From a virus (lineage: Duplodnaviria; Caudoviricetes), in the IMG/VR virus record IMGVR_UViG_2846178487_000001, positions 4,978 through 68,977 of that record: a stretch of 64,000 bases of DNA, one strand, 5' to 3'. Position numbers and translations under genes: made by a program. The stretch's first letter is position 1; each line of letters begins with the position of its first letter. This document shows, in pieces, positions 1 through 9,371 of this stretch. Under the pieces are notes generated by a model that did not search any database, was not told the DNA's origin, and saw only the letters and a list, made by a program, of their open reading frames with translations.

Positions 1-2
1 AA

Positions 3-2738
3 GGCTGCACGAAATCAGTTGCCACACTTATGACAGATGGCAACGGGAATACGGATACGGTGGAGTTGAGAGCTTCTACATACTATGTAAAAGAAATCGA
101 AGCTCCAAAAGGATTCCAGTTAGATAACAACGTCTATACCCTTACGGTAAAGGCTGGTGAAACTTCCATATTGAAAGTCAGCGATACACCAAAAGTCACA
201 GACACTTTGGTTGAGCTTTTCAAGATTGATATGGAAACAGGAAAAGCAACCGCACAGGGTAACGCTTCTTTAGAGGGTGCGGAGTTCGTCTGGAAGTATT
301 ATGACGGTTATTACACAAAAGATAATCTTCCATCAGAACCAACACGCATATGGACGACAAAGACAAAAGCGGAAAAAGGCAGCGATAACACTATCCACTA
401 TATCACAAGATTGGCAGATTCTTATAAGGTATCTGGTGACAGCTTCTATACACAAAACGGTACTATCTGTTTACCGCTTGGTACTATCACTGTAGAAGAA
501 AAAGCTGCTCCAAACGGTTACTTGTTAGATGGTGCTTATATGCAAGCCGCTGGAAGTTCTGAACAGATAAAAGGCGTGTATGTGGCACAGATTACAGAAG
601 ATAGCGAACTTGCAGCATTAAGCGGCAGCAACCAGTATTCCGTATCGGACAAGATTATCCGTGGAGGTGTGAGAATCCAAAAGCGTGACCTTGAAACAAA
701 AGACACAAAACCACAAGGCGGTGCAACATTGAAAGATACTGCCTTTGAAATCATTTCCTTAAATGATAATGCGGTATTGGTAGATGGCAAATTATACAAC
801 AAAAATGAAACAGTCAAGACAATCCATACAGGCGTTGACGGTATCGCTACGACTGCCGCAGATACTTTACCTTATGGAAAATACCGCTTAGAAGAAAGCA
901 ACGCCCCAGAGGGATATTTGACGGACGGTGCAAAACCGATTGAGTTTGAAATCACAGAGAATGGAAAAATCGTTGACTTAACTGACGAAGCACATTCCAT
1001 CTACAATCAGATTAAACGTGGTGACTTGGAGGGTGTGAAAATCGGTGACGGTACTCATAAGCGACTTGCGAATGTTCCGTTCAGGATCACAAGCAAGACC
1101 ACAGGCGAAAGCCACATCATTGTGACGGACGCAAACGGTCAGTTCTCTACCGCTGCTGACTGGGTATCTCATACACAGAACACCAACGCTGGCGAAAACA
1201 GTGAGGACGGTATCTGGTTCGGTACTTCCACACCAGACGACAGCAAAGGTGCGTTGCTCTACGATACCTATACAATCGAGGAATTACGCTGTGATTCCAA
1301 CAAAGGAATGACACTGATTCCTGCTTTTGATGTGATAGTTTCAAGAAATAAGACTGTCATTCATTTGGGTACATTGACAGATGATTATGAACCAGAAATC
1401 TCTATCCATACTACCGCTGCTGATAAGGCAACAGGCGAAAAATCAATTGTCGCTGGTAAAAGCGTGACTATCGTTGATACCGTCACTTTAGACGGACTTA
1501 CAAAAGGTACGAAGTATCAACTAAAAGGCTGGCAGATGGTGAAGTCTGAAAACGCACAGCTTCTTATTGATGGTGAGCCTGTGGAAAGTGATTACACTTT
1601 CACTGCAAAAAAATCAGAGATGGAAGTTGAGGTTTCTTATACATTCAATGCTTCTGCTCTTGGTGGTAAAGATCTTGTAACTTTTGAGGAATTGTACGAT
1701 TTATCCAATCCAGACGAGCCTATCAAGGTGGCAGAACATAAGGACATTGAGGACGACGGGCAGACTGTGAGAATCGAGGAAAGAATCATCACCATTCATA
1801 CCACAGCTACCGACAAGGCAACAGGTGAAAAGATGATTGTTGCTGGTAAAGAGGTGACTGTCATTGATACGGTCACTTTAGATGGCTTGGAAAAAGGAAC
1901 AAAATATCAGCTTAAAGGTTGGGAAATGGTGAAATCTGAAAATGCAGAGCTTCTTGTGGGTGGTGAGCGTGTGGAAAATGACCTTGCTTTCACCGCTACG
2001 GACACGAAGATGGAAGTTCAGATTACATTTACATTCAATGCCAGCGAGCTTGCAGGCAAGGAGCTTGTGACATTTGAGGAATTGTACGATTTATCCAATC
2101 CAGACGAGCCTACAAAGGTAGCAGAACATAAGGACATTGAGGACGACGGACAGACTGTGACAATCACAGAGCGTATCATTACCATGCATACAACCGCTAC
2201 CGACAAGGCAACAGGGAAAAAGACAATCGAAGCTGGTAAAGATGTGACTATCGTTGATACCGTCACTTTAGATGGACTTGAAAAAGGTGTGAAATATCAG
2301 CTCAAAGGCTGGGAAATGGTGAAGTCTGAAAATGCAGAGCTTATCATAAATGGTAAACGTGTAGAAAATGACCTTACTTTCACCGCTACCGATACGAAGA
2401 TGGAAGTTCAGAGTGCATTTACATTCAATGCCAGTGAGCTTGCAGGAAAAGAGCTTGTCACATTTGAGGAATTATATGACGTGACAAATCCAGACGAGCC
2501 TATCAAAGTAGCTGAACATAAGGACATCAAGGATAAGGGGCAGACGGTGACAGTCAAAGAAAAACCAGAATTCCCTGCCACATCAGAAGAACCCAGCACA
2601 CCAACAAGAACAGGCAATTCACCAAAGACAGGTGACAATACACCATTTGCCGCATTGTTCGCTATGATGGGGATTTCCGCTGCTGGTCTTATTTTTGCAG
2701 GATATAAGAGATTTCGCAAAGTAAAGAAAGTTAAATAA
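3..2738 (+). CDS. Sortase-anchored adhesin with SpaA/Cna-B-type and VaFE-type repeat domains (5' truncated by window)
   Basis: Frame open to window edge; YYVKEIEAPKGF, YRLEESNAPEGY pilin-type motifs; three ~130-aa repeats; SPKTG + hydrophobic helix + KRFRKVKKVK tail. Confidence 0.85.
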   Translation, partial: GCTKSVATLMTDGNGNTDTVELRASTYYVKEIEAPKGFQLDNNVYTLTVKAGETSILKVSDTPKVTDTLVELFKIDMETGKATAQGNASLEGAEFVWKYYDGYYTKDNLPSEPTRIWTTKTKAEKGSDNTIHYITRLADSYKVSGDSFYTQNGTICLPLGTITVEEKAAPNGYLLDGAYMQAAGSSEQIKGVYVAQITEDSELAALSGSNQYSVSDKIIRGGVRIQKRDLETKDTKPQGGATLKDTAFEIISLNDNAVLVDGKLYNKNETVKTIHTGVDGIATTAADTLPYGKYRLEESNAPEGYLTDGAKPIEFEITENGKIVDLTDEAHSIYNQIKRGDLEGVKIGDGTHKRLANVPFRITSKTTGESHIIVTDANGQFSTAADWVSHTQNTNAGENSEDGIWFGTSTPDDSKGALLYDTYTIEELRCDSNKGMTLIPAFDVIVSRNKTVIHLGTLTDDYEPEISIHTTAADKATGEKSIVAGKSVTIVDTVTLDGLTKGTKYQLKGWQMVKSENAQLLIDGEPVESDYTFTAKKSEMEVEVSYTFNASALGGKDLVTFEELYDLSNPDEPIKVAEHKDIEDDGQTVRIEERIITIHTTATDKATGEKMIVAGKEVTVIDTVTLDGLEKGTKYQLKGWEMVKSENAELLVGGERVENDLAFTATDTKMEVQITFTFNASELAGKELVTFEELYDLSNPDEPTKVAEHKDIEDDGQTVTITERIITMHTTATDKATGKKTIEAGKDVTIVDTVTLDGLEKGVKYQLKGWEMVKSENAELIINGKRVENDLTFTATDTKMEVQSAFTFNASELAGKELVTFEELYDVTNPDEPIKVAEHKDIKDKGQTVTVKEKPEFPATSEEPSTPTRTGNSPKTGDNTPFAALFAMMGISAAGLIFAGYKRFRKVKKVK
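1404..2573 (+). repeat. Three 390-bp coding repeats (VaFE-type domains)
   Basis: Units begin at 1404, 1794, 2184 (I/M-H-T-T-A-x-D-K-A-T-G). Confidence 0.85.
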
Positions 2739-2981
2739 TACGGGAGGTCACAGTATATGAAAACTTCCCGTTCACCGCCCACCATAAAGAAGTCAGTCTG
2801 TAACTGACAGCTTAACCAAATTCTGCTTGATTATCATTTATCTTTCTGAATGGGAATTGTCAAGGGTGCTTCAAGCACAACGCTTGCCCTTGATGATTCA
2901 CAGGCAGACAGATACTATCCAGACAGCAGAATGACACTATCAATCATTATAAATATAGAAAGAAAAGAGGTAAATACATTT

Positions 2982-3296
2982 ATGGAATTAAAACACGTTA
3001 TCCCTAACATGGAAAGAACATTCGGGAATTTGGAATTTGCAGGTGAGAATAAGGTGGAACAGCGTAGGATCAACGGACGTATGACGGTCGTTTCCCGTAG
3101 CTTCAACCTTTATTCGGACGTGCAGAGAGCAGATGATATTATCGTGGTGCTGCCTGCTTCTGCTGGTGAGAAGAACTTTGAATCAGAGGAAAAAGTAAAA
3201 CTTATCAATCCAAAAATCACCGCAGAGGGTTACAAAATCGGTACAAGAGGATTCACAAACTATATCCTGTCAGCGGACGATATGGTGAAAGCATAA
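2982..3296 (+). CDS. Tn916 Orf23-like conjugation protein (YdcP family)
   Basis: MELKHVIPNMERTFGNLEFAG; YSDVQRADDIIVVLP; RBS gagg upstream of ATG 2982. Confidence 0.85.
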   Translation: MELKHVIPNMERTFGNLEFAGENKVEQRRINGRMTVVSRSFNLYSDVQRADDIIVVLPASAGEKNFESEEKVKLINPKITAEGYKIGTRGFTNYILSADDMVKA

Positions 3297-3311
3297 GGAG
3301 GAAAAATTTAT

Positions 3312-3698
3312 ATGAGATTAGCAAATGGAATCATTATTGATAAGGAAAAGACATTCGGAGTGTTGAAGTTCTCGGCGTTGCGTCGTGAGGTACATATCCA
3401 GAATGAGGACGGTACGGTTTCTGAAGAAATCAAGGAACGTACCTACGACTTGAAGTGTAAGGAACAGGGACGCATGATACAGGTAAGTATTCCCGCCACT
3501 GTTCCATTAAAGGAGTTTGACTACAACGCAGAGGTGGAAATCATCAACCCTGTGGCAGACACGGTGGCAACCGCTACATTTCAAGGTGCAGACGTGGACT
3601 GGTACATCAAGGCAGATGATATTGTTTTAAAGAATAAGAATGGTCAGCCAGCAGGAAATCCACAGCACCATAACCAGCAATCACAGAATAAAAAATAA
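3312..3698 (+). CDS. Tn916 Orf22-like conjugation protein (YdcP family)
   Basis: MRLANGIIIDKEKTFGVLKFSALRRE ... WYIKADDIVL. Confidence 0.88.
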   Translation: MRLANGIIIDKEKTFGVLKFSALRREVHIQNEDGTVSEEIKERTYDLKCKEQGRMIQVSIPATVPLKEFDYNAEVEIINPVADTVATATFQGADVDWYIKADDIVLKNKNGQPAGNPQHHNQQSQNKK

Positions 3699-3712
3699 GT
3701 CATGTCGTTTTG

Positions 3713-3741
3713 TTGCTTGCAATATTGGAATAGGATATAAT
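3713..3741 (+). promoter_or_regulatory. sigma-A-type promoter of inserted gene
   Basis: TTGCTT(3713)-17 bp-TATAAT(3736). Confidence 0.6.
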
Positions 3742-3798
3742 TTCCTCATAAAGTAAGATTTGTGATATACTAAAATTTAATAACGAGGAGGAGTTTAA

Positions 3799-4359
3799 GT
3801 GTCAGAAATTTTGCAACTACTAAATGATTTTCAAGGAATTATCGGTACAATTCTTGGTAGTGTTACAACACTGATTGTTACTGATATATTAAAAAAAAGA
3901 GGACAATTAAAAAATTATCTTGTTTCATACGAAGCCAAGTTTCAAACATTTCGAGATGTCGGTTGCAGTATGGGCGGCAAAAGGGATGAAGATTTTTATG
4001 GTTATTCTATAAAATATATAATTCAAATATACAATCAGAGTGATACTCCCAAAATAATGAGAGATTTTAGGCTAATATTCTATAAAAATGCAAAAGAACA
4101 ATATTCCCTTATCCCTGATAATGAAGAAACCAGAAGATATTCTGCTCATATCTCACATATTGATGAGATGGAAGTTGCCAATATTGCTCCAAAAGAAATA
4201 CAGGTATTAAAACAATCAATCTATGTTATGTATGATATGTTAGATAAAATTCAAGGTGCTGATAAAGTAGAATTGCAATATAAAGATGAAAAAGATAAAA
4301 ATAGAAAAATTATATTATCAAATAAAGTAATTACAACAGATGATTATGTGCAAGAATAA
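3799..4359 (+). CDS. Hypothetical AT-rich accessory protein, N-terminal membrane anchor
   Basis: GTG start after gaggagg; hydrophobic GIIGTILGSVTTLIVTDIL then soluble domain; much more AT-rich than flanks. Confidence 0.75.
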   Translation: MSEILQLLNDFQGIIGTILGSVTTLIVTDILKKRGQLKNYLVSYEAKFQTFRDVGCSMGGKRDEDFYGYSIKYIIQIYNQSDTPKIMRDFRLIFYKNAKEQYSLIPDNEETRRYSAHISHIDEMEVANIAPKEIQVLKQSIYVMYDMLDKIQGADKVELQYKDEKDKNRKIILSNKVITTDDYVQE

Positions 4360-4402
4360 TATCATTTAATACTTGATTAAAACTTAATATTCTATATTGC
4401 AT

Positions 4403-4436
4403 AAGCAGTAAATCTATAAGGTTTGCTGCTTTTTTT
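4403..4436 (+). terminator. Intrinsic terminator
   Basis: agcagtaaatc / ggtttgctgct stem followed by T6. Confidence 0.7.
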
Positions 4437-4456
4437 CATGGAAAGGAGATTTTTAT

Positions 4457-5860
4457 ATGCCACAATTCAAAAAATGGGGAAAACATATCAGAGCCAGCGA
4501 CAAATCACTGGTTTTTCGTTTCTCGGCTGGTTCACTGCTCCTGCTGTTTCTTGCTATGATTATACTGTTGAACCTAAAGGCAATTGTAACAACGGACTGG
4601 GAATCGGTTAGCTTTCTACAAGATGGCAGTGTCCATTTTTCAGTTACGCCATATAGGATAGTTACGGTCATAGTGTCAGCTCTGGTCTGTGTGATTGCTG
4701 CCTTTTTGTATCAGCGTTTCCAGTATGACAGGGTGAAGCAGCTCTTCCACCGTCAAAAGCTAGCAAAGATGATACTTGAAAATGGCTGGTATGAATCGGA
4801 AACAACACAGGAAAGCGGATTCTTCAAGGATTTACCAGCGTCCAGTAAAAAAGAGAAAATCACCTATTTTCCTAAACTGTATTACCGTATGGATAACGGA
4901 CTATTGTATATCCGTACAGAAATCACGCTGGGAAAATATCAAGACCAGCTCTTACACTTGGAAAAGAAGCTGGAAACAGGCTTGTACTGTGAGTTGGTGT
5001 CAAAAGAATTAAAGGACAGCTATGTGGAGTATGTCTTACTTTATGACACTATCGCAAATAGAATCACTATCAATGAAGTACAGGCGGAACATGGCAGCCT
5101 GCGTCTGATGAAAAATGTCTGGTGGGAGTATGACAAGCTCCCCCATATGCTGATTTCTGGCGGCACTGGTGGAGGAAAGACCTATTTTATTCTCACTATC
5201 ATTGAAGCTCTGCTCCGCTGCAATGCGGTCATGTATGTGTTAGACCCGAAGAACGCCGACCTTGCGGATTTATCCGTCGTCATGCCAGAAGTCTATTACA
5301 AAAAGGAAGATATAACTGCCTGTATTGACAGATTTTATGACGGTATGATGGCAAGAAGTGAAGCTATGAAACTCATGGAGAACTACAAGACGGGTGAAAA
5401 CTATGCCTATCTTGGTCTTGCTCCGCATTTTCTCATTTTTGATGAATATGTGGCGTTTATGGAAATGCTGACGACAAAGGAAAACGCCGCTGTTTTAAAT
5501 AAGCTTAAACAAATAGTCATGCTCGGACGACAGGCAGGTTACTTTCTCATTCTCGCCTGTCAGCGACCAGACGCAAAATATCTCGGTGACGGAATCCGTG
5601 ACCAGTTTAACTTCCGTGTTGCATTGGGGCGTATGTCAGAGCTTGGCTATTCCATGATGTTTGGTGAGGTAGACAAGGACTTTTTTCTGAAACAGATCAA
5701 AGGACGTGGATATGTCGATACGGGAACGAGTGTCATATCCGAGTTTTACACTCCCCTTGTACCCAAAGGACACGATTTCCTAAAAGAAATAGGCAGATTG
5801 TCACAAAACAGGCAGGACGGACAGGCGGCGTGCGAAGCGAAAGCCGCAGGTACGGACTAG
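4457..5860 (+). CDS. FtsK/SpoIIIE-type coupling protein (Orf21/TcpA-like)
   Basis: Two N-terminal TM segments, Walker A GGTGGGKT, FDEYVAFM, LGRQAG, QRPDA. Confidence 0.93.
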   Translation: MPQFKKWGKHIRASDKSLVFRFSAGSLLLLFLAMIILLNLKAIVTTDWESVSFLQDGSVHFSVTPYRIVTVIVSALVCVIAAFLYQRFQYDRVKQLFHRQKLAKMILENGWYESETTQESGFFKDLPASSKKEKITYFPKLYYRMDNGLLYIRTEITLGKYQDQLLHLEKKLETGLYCELVSKELKDSYVEYVLLYDTIANRITINEVQAEHGSLRLMKNVWWEYDKLPHMLISGGTGGGKTYFILTIIEALLRCNAVMYVLDPKNADLADLSVVMPEVYYKKEDITACIDRFYDGMMARSEAMKLMENYKTGENYAYLGLAPHFLIFDEYVAFMEMLTTKENAAVLNKLKQIVMLGRQAGYFLILACQRPDAKYLGDGIRDQFNFRVALGRMSELGYSMMFGEVDKDFFLKQIKGRGYVDTGTSVISEFYTPLVPKGHDFLKEIGRLSQNRQDGQAACEAKAAGTD

Positions 5861-5894
5861 CCTGTGTTGGTGTGGCTTGCCACACCAACCATTC

Positions 5895-5918
5895 GCCCCC
5901 GTTATCTAACAGGGGGGC
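5895..5918 (+). promoter_or_regulatory. oriT/nic hairpin (MOBT type)
   Basis: gCCCCCgttatCTAACaGGGGGGc between orf21 and orf20, as in Tn916/ICEBs1. Confidence 0.85.
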
Positions 5919-6046
5919 ACAAATTATCTGGAAACAGTCAATTACATATCAAAAAGTCCTTGAAAACAGAGGACTTTTCAAACATTCAAAGGAGTGTGAC
6001 AAAATCGGTAACTGTCACATTCCTTTTTCGATTGGAGGGATTGAAA

Positions 6047-7246
6047 CTGAATGATACCGATTGGATAAACGATTTTAAGGAAAAACGGACGCAATACGGC
6101 GTTTCCCAGAATCGTCTTGCGGTCATGGCTGGTATCAGTCGTGAGTATGTCAGCAGGATTGAATCTGGAAAAGTAGCCTTGACAGAAGAAATCAAGGGGA
6201 AATTCACGGACGCTCTGGAAAAGCTGAATCCAGAGAATCCGTTGGAAATGGTCTTGGATTACGTCAGAATCCGATTCCCCACACAGGACGTTCGGCACGT
6301 TGTTGAAGATATTCTGCAATTAAAGCTGGATGTAATGATACATGAGGACTACGGATTCTACTCCTATGCGGAATATTATGTGCTTGGTGATGTGTTCGTA
6401 CTAACATCACCTGATAAAGAGAAAGGCACACTGCTGGAGCTGAAAGGCAAAGGCTGTCGGCAGATGGAAAGTTATCTGCTGGCACAGCATAGGAGCTGGT
6501 ATGACTTTCTCATGGACGCTCTGGTGGAAGGAGGTGTGATGAAACGTCTTGACCTTGCCATCAACGATATGGCAGGAATCTTGGATATTCCAGAGCTGAC
6601 AGAGAAATGCAACCGTGAAGAATGTATTTCCGTATTCCGCAGCTTCAAGAGTTACCGCAGCGGTGAGCTGGTGAGAAGCAATGAACAGGACAGATACGGA
6701 ATGGGAAATACGCTTTATATCGGTTCGCTCAAATCAGAGGTTTATTTCTGTATCTATGAAAAGGACTATGAGCAGTATGTGAAATACGATATTCCGATTG
6801 AAGATGCGAAAATCAAGAACCGTTTTGAAATCCGGCTGAAAAATGAGCGAGCCTATTATGCGGTGCGTGACCTGCTGACCTACCATGACGCAGAGCGTAC
6901 CGCTTTTGACATTATCAACCGTTATATGCGGTTCGCTGACAAGGAGGTGGAGAAAAGACGCAGCGAATGGCAGACCAATGAGAAATGGGCGTACTTTATC
7001 GGCGCTGATCGTGGGCGTTTGAAATTGACGACCAAACCAGAGCCTTATACGCTCACTCGGACGCTGAACTGGATAAGCAGACAGGTAGCTCCCACTTGGA
7101 AAGTCTTACAGAAGATTGACAGTGCCAATGGCACAACTTATCTCAAAGACATTTTAGACCATGCGAAGCTCACCGAGCGTCATAAAAAGCTGATTGAACA
7201 GCAGACAACTTCCACAGAGGAAATGATTACAGAAACGGAGGAATGA
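6047..7246 (+). CDS. MOBT relaxase (Orf20/NicK-like, Rep_trans family) with N-terminal HTH
   Basis: HTH SQNRLAVMAGISREYVSRIESG; LELKGKGCRQ, RLDLAIND, YEKDYEQ, NRFEIRL; likely CTG (6047) or TTG (6041) start after ggagg. Confidence 0.92.
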   Translation: MNDTDWINDFKEKRTQYGVSQNRLAVMAGISREYVSRIESGKVALTEEIKGKFTDALEKLNPENPLEMVLDYVRIRFPTQDVRHVVEDILQLKLDVMIHEDYGFYSYAEYYVLGDVFVLTSPDKEKGTLLELKGKGCRQMESYLLAQHRSWYDFLMDALVEGGVMKRLDLAINDMAGILDIPELTEKCNREECISVFRSFKSYRSGELVRSNEQDRYGMGNTLYIGSLKSEVYFCIYEKDYEQYVKYDIPIEDAKIKNRFEIRLKNERAYYAVRDLLTYHDAERTAFDIINRYMRFADKEVEKRRSEWQTNEKWAYFIGADRGRLKLTTKPEPYTLTRTLNWISRQVAPTWKVLQKIDSANGTTYLKDILDHAKLTERHKKLIEQQTTSTEEMITETEE

Positions 7247-7250
7247 CAAC

Positions 7251-7382
7251 ATGAAGCATATCTTATTTGATTTATTCCTGTTCTCACTTGGAGCAGGTGC
7301 AGGTGTGGTGTTGATGTGTCTGGTACAGGCAGGAGCAGCCGCAGAAAGAAAAATTGAAATGATGGAAAGGAGCAGAAAATAA
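7251..7382 (+). CDS. Small membrane protein, DUF3789-like (43 aa, not in ORF track)
   Basis: MKHILFDLFLFSLGAGAGVVLMCLVQAG; RBS ggagg; stop overlaps next ATG. Confidence 0.65.
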   Translation: MKHILFDLFLFSLGAGAGVVLMCLVQAGAAAERKIEMMERSRK

Positions 7383-7603
7383 TGAATTTCGGACAGAACT
7401 TATACAACTGGTTTTTATCTAACGCACAGAGCTTGGTACTCATGGCAATCGCTGTTATCGGCGTGTATCTTGGATTCAAGCGTGAGTTTTCCAAACTTAT
7501 CGGATTCTTGGTGATTGCTTTAATCGCTGTCGGCTTGGTGTTCAATGCTTCTGGCGTGAAAGACGTACTGTTGCAGTTATTCAATAAGATTATCGGGGCG
7601 TAA
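7382..7603 (+). CDS. Orf19/TcpD-like small membrane conjugation protein
   Basis: MNFGQNLYNWFLSNAQSLV; two TM helices. Confidence 0.88.
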   Translation: MNFGQNLYNWFLSNAQSLVLMAIAVIGVYLGFKREFSKLIGFLVIALIAVGLVFNASGVKDVLLQLFNKIIGA

Positions 7604-7620
7604 TGCTCTGATAATCGGAA

Positions 7621-7878
7621 ATGGAGGACAACATGAAAACAGATATTTTTGAGGATATGAAAGACTGTATCGGCTGCAATGATGTTTCCGACCTGCCTTA
7701 CCGCAAGCGTGAAGTGTGGGAAGAAATCAAACGACAGCTACCGCTTAAATATCCTAAAGAACAGTTAGAAAAGTTTTCTCATTATGTATTCGGTGTAGAT
7801 TATGCTGTTATAATGGGAATACTGGATATGATGAAAGGAAGTGACAGACCATGCAGGAAATGCGAATCTACCTGTTAA
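7621..7878 (+). CDS. Hypothetical ICE protein (start possibly 7634)
   Basis: ORF in conjugation operon, RBS ggagg before ATG 7634. Confidence 0.6.
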   Translation: MEDNMKTDIFEDMKDCIGCNDVSDLPYRKREVWEEIKRQLPLKYPKEQLEKFSHYVFGVDYAVIMGILDMMKGSDRPCRKCESTC

Positions 7879-8354
7879 ACAATACAAAACCGTATCGTGA
7901 GGGTGAGGAAGAATATTCCGGTGCTTGGTTCAACTGCCCTGTGGACTTTGAGGAAGTCCGAGAAAAAATCGGTGTGGAGCATGAAGAAAAGATTGAAATT
8001 GCAGACTATGAGCTGCCCTTTGACCTGCACAGCGATATGCCACTCTGGGAAATCAACGCCAACTGCCGCATGGTGCTGGAATTGGAGGGTACGCCTATCG
8101 GCAATGAAATGAAAGCCATTCAGCAGAAATGGTTTTCCAGCTTCGAGGAATTTATCGACCACAAGGACGAGATACGCTACTATGATGTGGGTGACGGTGC
8201 AGCTCTGGCAGAATACCTTATCCGTGAAGAATATGTTTTTGGTGAGATTCCTCACGAACTGTTGAAACATATCGACTATCACTCCTATGGTAGTGAGCTG
8301 GAAATGGACGACAGATACTTATTTACCACAAGCGGCGTATTCCGCTATCAGTAA
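7851..8354 (+). CDS. ardA: Antirestriction protein ArdA-like, copy 1
   Basis: Highly acidic; GAWFNCPVD, IADYELPF, IDYHSYG. Confidence 0.75.
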   Translation: MQEMRIYLLNNTKPYREGEEEYSGAWFNCPVDFEEVREKIGVEHEEKIEIADYELPFDLHSDMPLWEINANCRMVLELEGTPIGNEMKAIQQKWFSSFEEFIDHKDEIRYYDVGDGAALAEYLIREEYVFGEIPHELLKHIDYHSYGSELEMDDRYLFTTSGVFRYQ

Positions 8355-8377
8355 AGGGGTGATGTGGTATCGAAGAA

Positions 8378-8866
8378 ATGCGAATCTATATCGCCAATCT
8401 TGGGAAATACAACGAGGGTGAGCTTGTGGGTGCGTGGTTTACGCCGCCCGTTGATTATGACGAGATGGCAGAACGTATCGGCTTGAATGACAGATACGAA
8501 GAATACGCAATCCATGATTATGAGCTACCCTTTGAGATTGACGAGTACACACCCATTGAGGAAGTCAACCGCCTGTGTGAAATGGTGGAGGACTTACCAG
8601 AGGACATACAGGACGAATTATCGGAACTGCTAGGCTATTACAGCAGCTTGGAAGATTTGTGCGAACATGCAGACGATATTATCCATTATCCCGATTGTGA
8701 CGATATGACAGACGTTGCCTATTACTTCATAGATGAATGTCAAAGTCTGGGTGAGATACCAGACAGAATCCGCAGTTACATAGACTATGAAGCCTACGGG
8801 CGTGACCTTGATTTAGAGGGGCGTTTTGTCGTCACCAATCATGGCGTGTTTGAATGTCCGTATTAA
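8378..8866 (+). CDS. ardA: Antirestriction protein ArdA (Orf18), copy 2
   Basis: MRIYIANLGKYNEGELVGAWFTPP, YAIHDYELPF, YIDYEAYGRDL. Confidence 0.92.
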   Translation: MRIYIANLGKYNEGELVGAWFTPPVDYDEMAERIGLNDRYEEYAIHDYELPFEIDEYTPIEEVNRLCEMVEDLPEDIQDELSELLGYYSSLEDLCEHADDIIHYPDCDDMTDVAYYFIDECQSLGEIPDRIRSYIDYEAYGRDLDLEGRFVVTNHGVFECPY

Positions 8867-8981
8867 CAATTACAACTGAATATTTTTTATCTGCCAGTGA
8901 AATGACACTGGTTATTTTTTTGCAGCAGCCTTGAAACATAGGCTGCTGTTTCCATTTTAGAACAGAAAGGAGCTGTGAAAA

Positions 8982-9371
8982 TTGAAGAAAATCAAAAGCT
9001 ATACAAGCATATGGAGCGTGGAAAAAGTCATTTATGCAATCAACGACTTTCAACTCCCGTTCCCGCTCACATTCAGTCAGATGGCTTGGTTCGTGGTGTC
9101 GCTGTTTGTGGTGATTCTCTTTGGGGAGCTGCCGCCCTTTAACATGATTGACGGTGCATTTCTCAAATACTTTGGAATCCCTGTGGCGTTCACTTGGTTT
9201 GTATCGCAAAAGACCTTTGACGGAAAAAAGCCTTTTGGATTCCTAAAATCCTGTGTGAGCTTTTTCCTCCGACCAAAAGTGACCTATGCAGGAAAAGCTA
9301 TCAAACTGAAAAATCAGAAATTCAATACAAGCGTGACCGCAGTTAGGAGTGTGATGTATGTTCCCGATTAA
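8982..9371 (+). CDS. Orf17/TcpE-like (VirB3-like) protein
   Basis: KKIKSYTSIWSVEKVIYAIND, FDGKKP; TTG start. Confidence 0.88.
   Translation: MKKIKSYTSIWSVEKVIYAINDFQLPFPLTFSQMAWFVVSLFVVILFGELPPFNMIDGAFLKYFGIPVAFTWFVSQKTFDGKKPFGFLKSCVSFFLRPKVTYAGKAIKLKNQKFNTSVTAVRSVMYVPD

Noticed and set aside
5864-6046. N-terminal extension of relaxase in ORF track
   Set aside because: Runs through the oriT; RBS and homology start at 6041-6047
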